Source of the DNA: a virus | Length of the DNA: 64,000 nucleotides | Virus record (IMG/VR): IMGVR_UViG_3300048818_000054 | Span: 20,451 to 84,450 of that record | Reading direction: 5' to 3' (one strand) | Shown: in pieces, positions 9,593 to 18,234 of the stretch | Layout: every line of letters begins with the position of its first letter | How positions within the stretch are numbered: the first letter of the stretch is position 1 | Position numbers and translations under genes: made by a program | The notes under the pieces: generated by a model | What the model saw: only the letters and a program-made list of their open reading frames with translations | What the model was told of the DNA's origin: nothing | Database searches by the model: none

Positions 9593-10162
9593 TCAGGCTT
9601 TCACGATCTGAAAATTTTCGGTGATGAAGTCACAGAAAGCCGTCCCGTACTCGGCGTCTAGGCCGGTCCAACTTGAAACTGCGATGACGGTATGAAGGCC
9701 GTCCGCCTGTCGAGCGTAAAGCAAGTCAAGCAGCATTCCCGGATGCCACGCGGACATTGCCCCGCCTTCCTCTTTTTTGAAAAAGAAGTTCGGGATAAGC
9801 AAGCACGTCGCGTCTGGCTCTTCGCCGTACTTGAGAATTTCGAGCACAGTCGAGAGGGTCATCATGCGGGCGCGAATGAAGTTGCGGACCAAAGCAGCGG
9901 TCAAGGCCGACATGCGCTTGTCCACGGGAGCGACCAGCTTGGACTTGCCGAGGTAGCAAAGCCCACGCTTCTCCGTCTGGTTGAACTTCTTGAGGTAGGC
10001 GATCTCTTCCGGCGCGCAGAGCCCGATCATGGACGTACTGAGCCAATGAGGCTGAATGCCCGCGTCACGGGCAAAATGAGCCATGTCGGCAACCAGCCGC
10101 TCATGATGCGCTTCGACAAGCACTCCAGAGGTGTACGGGTCAGTCATCGTCATCAAGGTCAC
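9593..10162 (-). CDS. DnaC/IstB-like helicase loader (degenerate AAA+)
   Basis: Lies between initiator and DnaB; loader-like C-terminal layout (LLDLLYAR...TVI); no canonical Walker A. Confidence 0.55.
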   Translation of the reverse strand: MTLMTMTDPYTSGVLVEAHHERLVADMAHFARDAGIQPHWLSTSMIGLCAPEEIAYLKKFNQTEKRGLCYLGKSKLVAPVDKRMSALTAALVRNFIRARMMTLSTVLEILKYGEEPDATCLLIPNFFFKKEEGGAMSAWHPGMLLDLLYARQADGLHTVIAVSSWTGLDAEYGTAFCDFITENFQIVKA

Positions 10163-11072
10163 TGTTCGGGTCTAAAATCTGTGCCATCGTCAGCTTAGAC
10201 GGTTTCTTGAGATTTGCAACTAGTTGCACGGGGGGTGACGGCGCAGCTTCGATGACCGGCGTTGAGGCCGGGCCGGCATTCTCGCCATTCACGAATTTGA
10301 TGGCGTAATGGCGATATGTCGCGAGGAAGGCCACGGTCGGTTGCTGGGGGTAGGTTTTGAGCCCGGCCTGCTCTTTGACGAACTTTCCGAAGCTGATCCA
10401 TAAATCCATGACGTGTTTCAATGTGGTGGTCGCGGTGCCGACCGGGCAAGCGTCAAAGAACAATCGAAGCTGGGCGCTCTGCTTGGCGGTCATGCTCATG
10501 ATCGGAACATCGAACCAGTGCTTGATTTTTTCCAGCCACGTCAATTCGAGTAGCTTCGAAGGCTTCATCGGATTGTGCATTTTAGCCACAAGGGCAAGCA
10601 CGTCTTTGGTTGAATGTCCCACTTCAATCTCTCCGAGAGAATTCTCTGTTTCTGGTCCAGCCTCCGTTTGCGTGAGCAAGATTTCTTCTTGAATATCTTC
10701 TTGAATATCTTCTTGCTCTATGATTGGTCCCTTTAGGGCTATAGCGTTAGACCCTATAGGGCCTGCCTCATGTCCCTTTAGGGCCTCACGTGTACGCGAC
10801 GGAAGCGAATAATGGCCGATAGTTTTGTGGTTGAAAACGGCCATTTTCCAGTCGATATGGTTCTGCTCTCGTAGCAGCGAAACGGCCCGTTTGATCTGCT
10901 TCATCGAACACGCTGTCTCTTCCATCAAGTCGGTATGGGACTGCGGAGTGGTTGTCTTCCCGTATTTCAACGCGCCTTCGTAAAGGAATTGCAGACGCAA
11001 GAGGACGATCGCGGCTACAGGATCGCCGGTCAGGCGGTGTGCGCGGGCTAGGTAGTTGTCCACTCTTGGCAT
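10140..11072 (-). CDS. replication initiator protein (N-terminal wHTH; contains iterons)
   Basis: QSHTDLMEETACSMKQIKRAVSLL HTH-like segment; upstream of loader and DnaB; internal repeats as in lambda O-type genes. Confidence 0.7.
   Translation of the reverse strand: MPRVDNYLARAHRLTGDPVAAIVLLRLQFLYEGALKYGKTTTPQSHTDLMEETACSMKQIKRAVSLLREQNHIDWKMAVFNHKTIGHYSLPSRTREALKGHEAGPIGSNAIALKGPIIEQEDIQEDIQEEILLTQTEAGPETENSLGEIEVGHSTKDVLALVAKMHNPMKPSKLLELTWLEKIKHWFDVPIMSMTAKQSAQLRLFFDACPVGTATTTLKHVMDLWISFGKFVKEQAGLKTYPQQPTVAFLATYRHYAIKFVNGENAGPASTPVIEAAPSPPVQLVANLKKPSKLTMAQILDPNSDLDDDD
10215..10228. repeat. palindrome TGCAACTAGTTGCA, copy 2
   Basis: In the 3' end of the initiator, upstream of the loader. 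Confidence 0.85.
10729..10784. repeat. three iteron-like repeats CCCT(T/A)TAGGGC (putative replication origin)
   Basis: Copies at 10729, 10752 and 10774 (22-23 bp period) inside the initiator gene. Confidence 0.65.
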
Positions 11073-11320
11073 ACCAAATCCTTGAACGCGGAAACGCGGA
11101 CCGGGGCAAGCACACCCGATCCGCGCCACCGTAGCGAGCGCGTAGCATCGCTCGATTACCCGCTTAGAGCACCGGTCCCAATGCGACTTGGGGTAGTCGG
11201 CGCAACGGGATAAAGACGGCGCGCGCCAGTCAGGGAAAAACACGCGCCGTTTACGAAAGACGGGTCGGTCTGACTCAGGTTCCCTTAAGGGGGGCTGTCC
11301 AGACCTACCCTCGCGAGGGA

Positions 11321-12064
11321 TTAGTCTTCGGCGTCCGTGTCTTCGTCATCGCTGACAAGGCTGGACTGGTCTTCCTCGATATCTTCGGCCTCTTGACCCT
11401 TCTTGTTCTTGGGCAGGCTCTCGTAGACTTTGGCGAGGATGGCGCTTTCCATCCCGAAGGCGTCGATCATCGTTTCGGCCAGCGCTTCGACCACGGCCTT
11501 TGACGACGCGATGTTGTTTTGGGCGACTTCGAGGCCGGGAGCGAAAATGCTGTCGATCCATGACGCCATCTTGCGCGGCGTGATGACCAAGTTCTCCGCG
11601 CCCGCTAGCGTGACCAGATAGTCCGCCATCTTCTTCGCGACGGTTGCGGCATTGTCGATCAAAAGCTGCTGGCTCGCCACGTCCCCTTTCAGACTGCCTC
11701 GGATGAAGGCCGAAATGTTAGTCGAAGATCGGTCTTTTCCCTTATTGATCCAATCGACCTTCGGCCAAGCCGACCACGTATCTCCGTTCGGCTTTTTGAA
11801 CGCCACGACCTTTGCCGCCGCGTCCACGTCCTTGAACAGGTCGCCAGCCGGCGCGGAGCGCAGACGTGCGACAAAGTAGGTTGTTCCGGGAACGCCCTTG
11901 TGCTTGCCGTCAGCGAAGCCATAGGGCTTGATCCCGAGCGCAAGGTCGCCCGATCGTGCGAACACCAGATAATCCGGTGAGCCGCCCGATCCGAGCATAA
12001 AGGTGAGGGGTGATTTGGGGGCTTCTTCGCCGTCGCCCTTGGGTTGCTTTGCTTGTTTAGCCAA
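11321..12064 (-). CDS. hypothetical protein (early-type promoter, hairpin RBS)
   Basis: 247-aa ORF, TTG start 7 nt after AGGAG. Confidence 0.75.
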   Translation of the reverse strand: MAKQAKQPKGDGEEAPKSPLTFMLGSGGSPDYLVFARSGDLALGIKPYGFADGKHKGVPGTTYFVARLRSAPAGDLFKDVDAAAKVVAFKKPNGDTWSAWPKVDWINKGKDRSSTNISAFIRGSLKGDVASQQLLIDNAATVAKKMADYLVTLAGAENLVITPRKMASWIDSIFAPGLEVAQNNIASSKAVVEALAETMIDAFGMESAILAKVYESLPKNKKGQEAEDIEEDQSSLVSDDEDTDAED

Positions 12065-12065
12065 T

Positions 12066-12082
12066 GGAAACCTCCTGTTTCC
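12066..12082 (-). promoter_or_regulatory. hairpin RBS (CsrB-like loop)
   Basis: GGAAAC-AGGAG-GTTTCC. Confidence 0.7.
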
Positions 12083-12099
12083 GGGGTTACTATACTATG

Positions 12100-12127
12100 A
12101 ACATACGCTCTCGCGCGCCTATGTCAA
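12100..12127 (-). promoter_or_regulatory. sigma70-like promoter
   Basis: TTGACA-16-TATGTT. Confidence 0.6.
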
Positions 12128-13327
12128 GGATTGAAACTTCACATAATGCGTAACGGCCTCAGTCATTGAAGCATGGCTAACACGGGTGCCTTCGGCAAGG
12201 TTCGATTTGGCGAGAGCCATGGTTGCGATCTTGTCGGCGGCGACATTGTTCTTGGTCGTATTGTCGTGCCCGAACGTAAGCAACAGCGACACCGCGAAGT
12301 TCGCCGCTTCACTCTGATCCATCCCTTCGAAAACCATCACCTTGTCAATGCGGCCGGCGCGGTACAGTTCCTTGGGCAGCACCTTGTCATTGTTGGTCGT
12401 CATGAACGTCAGCACGCGGCTCTTGTGCTCGGCAAGCCACCAAAGCATTTGCGAGAGCATCCCGGCCGTGGTGCCCGAACTGTCATCGTGGCTCTGGCTG
12501 AACAGCTTTTCTACCTCGTCTAGTACGATCACGCATTCTGCCTCATTGTCGGCGCGCGCAAGGTTGATGGCGAGGTTGCCTTCGGACTGACCGACGAACT
12601 TCCCTTTCGTGCCCGCAACGTCGAGACGGAACAGGGGCACGCCCCAGCTTTCGGCAATGAACTTGGCAGCGGCGGTCTTGCCCACGCCGGGCGGACCGGT
12701 TGCCAAGATGCCGCGAGGGACCAACCGCGGGTCGGTCCCCGTGAGGAAAAACGGCTTCTCTCGCGCAGTCCAGCCTTGGAGGGCTAGAGAGGGCTCATAG
12801 AAGCCCTGCTTCGTTTCGACTTGTGTGAGCCCCTGACTGCCATGAAAGCACTCCTTGCGGGTCGCGCTGAGCCCTCCTACGGTCAAGCTGGCGTCGCGCG
12901 CCATAGTGAGGCGGACAAGCTCGGCCGTTTCCTTGATCGTGCAGCCGCCGAGGCCGCGCATGAGGGCAAGCGCCTTGGCGTTGTCCTTCGTGACGTGGTT
13001 GACGAATTGGCGTAGCAGCGGCTTGGGGACCGGGGCCTCTCCCGCGTCAAACATAGGCTCCATTATCTGGTCCGGATTGACCATTATGAGAGTGCAGCCC
13101 ATCTTGACCAGCCGGCTGTAAACCTCAATGAGGTTGAATACTTCCTTCGGCTTGCAGCGGTGCCAATAGAGCGCGTCTTGCTGATCTGGCAACGGCGTGT
13201 TGGGGGGCCAAAGCTTGGGCTTCTTGCCGGTGATCTCTTCGAGCACGGCCGAAAAGTTCATCGTGTCACGCGTGCTTGTCGCAATGATGGGGATTTGAGC
13301 CTTTACGGCCAGCGCGAGAATTTCCAT
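12119..13327 (-). CDS. AAA+ ATPase
   Basis: GPPGVGKT, IVLDEVEK, MTTN, RAGRID. Confidence 0.9.
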   Translation of the reverse strand: MEILALAVKAQIPIIATSTRDTMNFSAVLEEITGKKPKLWPPNTPLPDQQDALYWHRCKPKEVFNLIEVYSRLVKMGCTLIMVNPDQIMEPMFDAGEAPVPKPLLRQFVNHVTKDNAKALALMRGLGGCTIKETAELVRLTMARDASLTVGGLSATRKECFHGSQGLTQVETKQGFYEPSLALQGWTAREKPFFLTGTDPRLVPRGILATGPPGVGKTAAAKFIAESWGVPLFRLDVAGTKGKFVGQSEGNLAINLARADNEAECVIVLDEVEKLFSQSHDDSSGTTAGMLSQMLWWLAEHKSRVLTFMTTNNDKVLPKELYRAGRIDKVMVFEGMDQSEAANFAVSLLLTFGHDNTTKNNVAADKIATMALAKSNLAEGTRVSHASMTEAVTHYVKFQSLT

Positions 13328-13329
13328 GA

Positions 13330-13344
13330 GCAACCTCCTGTTGC
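13330..13344 (-). promoter_or_regulatory. hairpin RBS (CsrB-like loop)
   Basis: GCAAC-AGGAG-GTTGC. Confidence 0.7.
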
Positions 13345-13374
13345 ACGGCGCACGATAGACGAACGCCTGCCGAT

Positions 13375-13388
13375 TGCAACTAGTTGCA
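13375..13388. repeat. palindrome TGCAACTAGTTGCA, copy 3
   Basis: Upstream of the AAA ATPase. Confidence 0.9.
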
Positions 13389-13392
13389 CGGA

Positions 13393-13590
13393 TTATGCGA
13401 CGGCGGGCACGGCGGCGTAGGATTTTTCACGGAATATGGGGAAAGAGGACGCGCGACCGATAGCGTTCAATTCGAAGGCAAGTTCGATCGCCGCGCATTG
13501 TTCAACGGCAATCGGGCGCGTCGGGTTTATGTGGCTCCGCGCCAGATACTTGCGTGAAGGCGTGGTGACCTGAACATTGAACTTCGTCAT
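13393..13590 (-). CDS. small hypothetical protein
   Basis: ATG with AGGAG RBS, downstream of a promoter-like site. Confidence 0.45.
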   Translation of the reverse strand: MTKFNVQVTTPSRKYLARSHINPTRPIAVEQCAAIELAFELNAIGRASSFPIFREKSYAAVPAVA

Positions 13591-13623
13591 GTGGCAAGCT
13601 CCTGATTGTAGGGGGATAATCAG

Positions 13624-13651
13624 GACATATGCCCTTTCTGGCCTCTTGCAA
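13624..13651 (-). promoter_or_regulatory. sigma70-like promoter
   Basis: TTGCAA-16-TATGTC. Confidence 0.45.
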
Positions 13652-13738
13652 TAGGCGCTCTTCGTATTCGTGGCGAGTACCGGTGCGATCATGAGTCCAA
13701 CTCGATCTCGTCATCCTCGTCATCGGGCTCCGGTCCCA

Positions 13739-14035
13739 TCACTTGCTCGCCACAAGGTTAATGTTCACAAGGGTTTGCTTGATTATCCAGCCGCGAGGGA
13801 TGGTGATGCGATTGTTGGTTTCCATCTTCTCGCCGTTCATTCCCCATGTTCCGGCAACGACCAAGCAGTCGTCATCCTCAATCACGACCATGCCTATGGA
13901 CGTGCAGCGCTGGGGCAGGTCGGCCTCATGCTGCTCTTTCCAGCCCACATCGGCCACCGCATCGTCCCAAGTGACGATCACGACTTTGGCGCGAACGCTG
14001 ATCTTGGCGGGCTTGACGGGGGCTTTCTTGACCAT
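13739..14035 (-). CDS. conserved-looking phage hypothetical protein
   Basis: VIVTWDDA...SIGMVV...ITIPRGWI pattern. Confidence 0.65.
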   Translation of the reverse strand: MVKKAPVKPAKISVRAKVVIVTWDDAVADVGWKEQHEADLPQRCTSIGMVVIEDDDCLVVAGTWGMNGEKMETNNRITIPRGWIIKQTLVNINLVASK

Positions 14036-14039
14036 GGCG

Positions 14040-14480
14040 TCATTCCTTCGGCTTTGTCAGCTTGTGGATTAAGGCGGTAGCCGAGGCGGTCTTCTTCGGC
14101 CTGTCGTCTATAATCTTCCCCGTGGCGAAGGCGTCAATCAAAATCCCGCAGCACGCGCGTACTGAGGCCAAGTTCAATACCAGCGACCGGCTGTCAACGT
14201 CGATATCGTCGCCGCAAAACCATTGCATCAAATGGCGCATTGCTGCGTCATAATAGATGCTTGCGCGTATCGGCGTATCCAGCCAGTTATATGCTCCGTA
14301 CTTGGCGGCTCCGTCCGCCATAACGCGCCCTTCTTCAAGCAAGGCGACCGGGGGGATGTAACTGATCCCCGGTTTGAGCCGGCCGATTTTGTCTTTCGGG
14401 TTGCTTAGGTCGTGATCGGGCGGTAGCGCAGCGTCACCGGATGAATGAGCCACAGAGGCTTTTTTAACTCGCGAAACCAT
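14040..14480 (-). CDS. dATP/dGTP diphosphohydrolase-domain protein (DUF5664-like)
   Basis: NPKD...GAAKYGAYNW...YYDAAMRHL..W..G.DID.DS...LA...AC..IL. Confidence 0.8.
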   Translation of the reverse strand: MVSRVKKASVAHSSGDAALPPDHDLSNPKDKIGRLKPGISYIPPVALLEEGRVMADGAAKYGAYNWLDTPIRASIYYDAAMRHLMQWFCGDDIDVDSRSLVLNLASVRACCGILIDAFATGKIIDDRPKKTASATALIHKLTKPKE

Positions 14481-14803
14481 GCGATCTCCATTTGGACGCC
14501 CTTGCTGTCTTTCCAGCCGGGCATTTCAGCGATCAAGCCGCCGTATGAAACCTCGACCATGGGTTTGTCCAGCGGCATAAAGATCGCGTGGGAAAAGGGG
14601 TCGATCCCGGACGCAAGGGCGATGCCGTGCGTATGTGCGATCGGGCTAAAAGTTGGGACGCCCGCAAGGAACAGGCGGCCGGTCATTTTCTGCGCGAACG
14701 CGTTGGCGTCATTGATGCCGTGAGGCCACTTCGAATAGCAAGTCCCCAAGTACCAGTAACCTTTGTCCTTGGGAAGTTCGGTGATCTCATATTCGGTTCT
14801 CAC
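14405..14803 (-). CDS. DUF1937-family protein (nucleoside deoxyribosyltransferase-like fold)
   Basis: YLGTCYS, FSPIAHTH, PGWKDSKGVQMEI; GTGA overlap start. Confidence 0.75.
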   Translation of the reverse strand: MRTEYEITELPKDKGYWYLGTCYSKWPHGINDANAFAQKMTGRLFLAGVPTFSPIAHTHGIALASGIDPFSHAIFMPLDKPMVEVSYGGLIAEMPGWKDSKGVQMEIAWFRELKKPLWLIHPVTLRYRPITT

Positions 14804-16479
14804 GCTCGGTACCTTCCATCCGCCAATGTGACGATCGTGCGCTTGCCGCTCTGGTAAGTGACGATCTCCGCGTGATGCCACGCGCCCGGTCCCTTCGAGG
14901 CGTATCGAAGGTCAAGCCTTGAGGACGTGCCCGCGATATAGGCTCCGTCTCTGATTTGCGGCTCATGCGTGTGAGCGGTGTTCATGCGTTCGACAAGCTT
15001 TGCCATGCCCATGGGCGAGCCGCGCGTGCCACGCGGGCCTTTGTCGCCGTGCAGCCCACATTCGATTGGCGCGGTGTCCTGACAGACAAGATAGGAGTTG
15101 CCGGGGTTGAGGAAGCGGACGCCTTCGAGGTCGCTACCGGAGTTCCGCAGCCCGAAGATATGGGCTTGGAACTCTTCTCCGTCGCCGTCTTCAATCGCCT
15201 TAAACCACGCGGCGTTCAATTCGTGCCAAATGCGCGCGTTGCCGGGATCGTAATGGCCGGCCGTGTCCTTGAGCCACGTATCGAGCATGGCATTGTGGTT
15301 CGATGCGACGTGAACCGAAGTTGACCAGTCGCGCATGGTCGCGCGAAGGAAATGCGCCGTGTTGACGAACATGTTTCGAACGCTGTCCTGCTTCTCCGAT
15401 CGTATCAAGGCGTTTTCGTGCGGGTCGCGGATAGTGTGATGCCCGCGCGCCTTCATCGAAAAGCTGTCGTGAAAGAACTGGTGCTTGGGTTTCAAATCAT
15501 CGAGCATCGAGCTACCACCGGGACCGATACTTGGGCCGCACGCAACCGGCGTCCAACCCCACAGCACCTTGGCAACGTCCATGTCGAGTTCTTCGTAATG
15601 CACGTCGCCCCAAGTAATCGCTTCGACGGGCGGGCCGGGCATGACCTCGCCATCCTTCACGAACACGTCAAGGTCTTGGAATGAGCCGTCTTTGCCGAAA
15701 GATATCTGGCGCAGAAAGAACACGCCATCGGGCCGTATCTCCGCGATGGTCGCGCCGGGAGTGTGGTGGAACTCGGCCTTCTGGCCGGCATTCTTCTGGA
15801 CATAGTTCGGCTTCGTGATGACGCCTGTGGTCATGATTTGCTTGCCGGGCCGGCCGGGCATAACCGGGACGCTCTTCAAAGCGATCTTGGCATGTGGGAA
15901 CACGGCCCAATGGTCGCGGGTGTTGGTTTCCCAGCCGGTGAGGGGATCGACGGCGGTAGGAAGGATGTTCGCCTTGCCAAACCACGTCAGCTTGGGCGCG
16001 AGGTCCACCACTTCGGGGCGCAACAATTTCTCGATCCTTTGCGAGAAATGGCCGGTATCGACCATGTGCTCTTCGAAGAGGCCCTTCTGATAGGTGAAGC
16101 CGCCGACTATGACCTCTCCGTCGCGCTGGGCGGCGTATGCCTGTAGATTGTTCAGGGCGGCCTCATACGTGCCAGTTTCGTCTTGGGCGGCGGTCATCAA
16201 GACCACGCGTACTTTGGCTGGGCGGGCTTCTACGGTCATCTTTGGCAGCAAAATCTTGGTCTTGGTACCGGCCTTCAAGGCGTGAGCGTCTGCCGTGGTG
16301 GTTGCATCCTTCGGCGGGAGCAAGCCTTGCGCTCGCATCCTGACGACGTGCTGGAAAAACGTGGCGCGCTTGACGTGCATCAACTTGCTGGCAGCTTCGA
16401 CATTGCCCTTGGTTTTTGCCAAGTTTGCGCGGGCGCGTTCGACATATTCGGACGCGAAGACAATCAGGGAAGCGCTCAT
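14800..16479 (-). CDS. large phage metallophosphoesterase-like protein with N-terminal HTH-like segment
   Basis: WGDVH, HD, SNHN, LHGD, NTAHTH motifs. Confidence 0.7.
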   Translation of the reverse strand: MSASLIVFASEYVERARANLAKTKGNVEAASKLMHVKRATFFQHVVRMRAQGLLPPKDATTTADAHALKAGTKTKILLPKMTVEARPAKVRVVLMTAAQDETGTYEAALNNLQAYAAQRDGEVIVGGFTYQKGLFEEHMVDTGHFSQRIEKLLRPEVVDLAPKLTWFGKANILPTAVDPLTGWETNTRDHWAVFPHAKIALKSVPVMPGRPGKQIMTTGVITKPNYVQKNAGQKAEFHHTPGATIAEIRPDGVFFLRQISFGKDGSFQDLDVFVKDGEVMPGPPVEAITWGDVHYEELDMDVAKVLWGWTPVACGPSIGPGGSSMLDDLKPKHQFFHDSFSMKARGHHTIRDPHENALIRSEKQDSVRNMFVNTAHFLRATMRDWSTSVHVASNHNAMLDTWLKDTAGHYDPGNARIWHELNAAWFKAIEDGDGEEFQAHIFGLRNSGSDLEGVRFLNPGNSYLVCQDTAPIECGLHGDKGPRGTRGSPMGMAKLVERMNTAHTHEPQIRDGAYIAGTSSRLDLRYASKGPGAWHHAEIVTYQSGKRTIVTLADGRYRA

Positions 16480-16489
16480 GGGGAATGCC

Positions 16490-16924
16490 TCATGGTTCGC
16501 CGTGCTTTGAGCACAGTTCGGCACGCGCTTCGTCTCTACCTTGCTGTCGGGCGTGTTCCAACTCGATCCGATGTTCTGATCGAGCTAGGGTTTCGGCAAC
16601 ATTAGTGGCAAGGGCGCGCGCCGAGGCAGCTTCGGAAAGTATCTGATCCAGTCGAGCGGTAGCCCGCGTCTGCGCGCTGCTCATAAATTCCATCAACTCG
16701 CGAAGCCGGGAAAGGACTTCGGCAATTTGCGCGGCCATTAGGCCGAAGCCTGCGCTCTGAGCGGTCGGATCGACGGCAAGCGAAGTCGCTACCGCGCCAC
16801 GGATGCGCTTGTAATAGCCCCAAACTCCAACGGCGGTGACGGCAACAGCCATTCCGAAATTGGCATAGGCTTGAAGCGAGCCAGAAAACATATTTGCCAC
16901 GTCTGGCCCCGCGCCTTCCATCAT
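16490..16924 (-). CDS. single-TM membrane protein (lysis region)
   Basis: TM segment FGMAVAVTAVGVWGY followed by a coiled coil. Confidence 0.55.
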   Translation of the reverse strand: MMEGAGPDVANMFSGSLQAYANFGMAVAVTAVGVWGYYKRIRGAVATSLAVDPTAQSAGFGLMAAQIAEVLSRLRELMEFMSSAQTRATARLDQILSEAASARALATNVAETLARSEHRIELEHARQQGRDEARAELCSKHGEP

Positions 16925-17403
16925 TCACCTTCCGGTCGATCAATCTCCAAGGTCGCAATGTAAGTGTTCACCACGTCCAAGATGAATAGACCAACGTATA
17001 CGGGGGCAGCGAAGTTCCAGTGCGGTAAAGAGAACGCGCCGAAGATAAGCTGAAACCAGACGAAACAAGAGAGGAAGGAACAGGCCGCGCGAATGTGCGG
17101 GGATAGGGTAAATGTGGGGAATGTGCCGTTGATAATCAGCGCGAATAGGCGCCCGCCGCCGAGTAGCAGCATGACGTATAGCCAAAAGTCTTGCGACGCT
17201 AGACGCGTGAGATAGGCGTAAGTGTCAGCGTGCGGGTCATTCTCGAATAGGCCCTGATTTTGCATCATGACCAGTCCCATCCCGAACAGGATGCCCGATG
17301 CAACCCACGACCCGTAGCGCAAACGGAAATGCGCCATTGCTCCCCTGAACAAGGAATTGACCGGATTGTAGTTTGGGTTCCGCGCTATCGCCATTTCCAT
17401 CAC
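16921..17403 (-). CDS. multi-TM membrane protein (holin candidate)
   Basis: About 4 hydrophobic helices; adjacent to the spanins. Confidence 0.5.
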   Translation of the reverse strand: MMEMAIARNPNYNPVNSLFRGAMAHFRLRYGSWVASGILFGMGLVMMQNQGLFENDPHADTYAYLTRLASQDFWLYVMLLLGGGRLFALIINGTFPTFTLSPHIRAACSFLSCFVWFQLIFGAFSLPHWNFAAPVYVGLFILDVVNTYIATLEIDRPEGE

Positions 17404-17882
17404 GGCCTCTTGACGCCGGCTCGAAGGTGTTGAAGCACCTTATGCCAGAAAGGGTGCCATACGACCGGAGCCGGCGCGGGAACAGGCGGCGTCGCTGTCG
17501 CAATTCCTGGTACGACAGCGGCGGGGGCCGGAACGGGGGGTGTAGGGACAGCGGCGGGAATTTCGACCTTCGTTCCGACCTTGGGGGCGAACCAGCCTAG
17601 GTAGGAATGCGTGGGCACAACGGCGGTGATCTGGCGGCCAACACGCGTGACCACGACGGGCGGGTCTTGCGCGGCGGCTAGGTTGCTCACGCGGGTCCAA
17701 CAGCCGGCCGAAACGCCGCGCTCGAAGTGGGCCGACAGACGCATTTCCCCGACCTTCGTTGTCGAGTGGACGTTCTGCAAACTGTCAACGATGACACCGC
17801 AAGGCTTGTCAACTGGCAGGCTTGATACACACCCCGTTGTCGCGATCCCAATTGCCACCAGCGGTAAAGCAATCTTCAACAT
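17400..17882 (-). CDS. o-spanin-like lipoprotein (Rz1-like)
   Basis: Signal peptide with lipobox-like ATTGC; Pro-rich tail; overlaps the i-spanin 3' end. Confidence 0.65.
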   Translation of the reverse strand: MLKIALPLVAIGIATTGCVSSLPVDKPCGVIVDSLQNVHSTTKVGEMRLSAHFERGVSAGCWTRVSNLAAAQDPPVVVTRVGRQITAVVPTHSYLGWFAPKVGTKVEIPAAVPTPPVPAPAAVVPGIATATPPVPAPAPVVWHPFWHKVLQHLRAGVKRP

Positions 17883-18081
17883 TTTTCTGTCCCTTTGCAG
17901 CTTCCGCCTGCGACTTCGCATTGGCGGTCTGAATATCGGTTATCGCGGCAGCGTAGCCTTCGTCATAGACCTTGTGGTGCTCATAGGCGAGGAAGCCCGC
18001 CGCGCCAGCCACGATGACGCCATAGAAAGCGTAACGTAGCAAGGCGGGAAGGCCGATGTTCGTAATGAGGAAGGCGAGCAT
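17809..18081 (-). CDS. i-spanin-like protein (Rz-like)
   Basis: N-terminal TM, periplasmic helix, two Cys; downstream of the endolysin. Confidence 0.6.
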   Translation of the reverse strand: MLAFLITNIGLPALLRYAFYGVIVAGAAGFLAYEHHKVYDEGYAAAITDIQTANAKSQAEAAKGQKNVEDCFTAGGNWDRDNGVCIKPAS

Positions 18082-18234
18082 TCACTTGACCCCGGACGGG
18101 TGAGGAAGGTGTGACGGTTTGGTCGGCCGTAACGGCGGCATACGGTGAACCGGTGCCGTCGCCATCACATGCGGAATAGGCTTTGCCGACGCGCGGGCTT
18201 GCGCTTGAATATGAGCGATAGGCTCGATTTTCAT
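18082..18234 (-). CDS. small Pro-rich hypothetical protein (50 aa)
   Basis: Manual translation MKIEPIAH...PSGVK; TGATG coupling to the endolysin stop. Confidence 0.35.
   Translation of the reverse strand: MKIEPIAHIQAQARASAKPIPHVMATAPVHRMPPLRPTKPSHLPHPSGVK

Noticed and set aside
11240-11320. Terminator or ncRNA in the initiator upstream region
   Set aside because: Only short palindromes without a U-tract; no tRNA or known ncRNA structure is recognisable. Kept only as possible iteron-like sites.
14040-14480. Z-genome (2-aminoadenine) system
   Set aside because: Only a dNTP diphosphohydrolase is present; no PurZ or DatZ-like HD gene is seen in this window.
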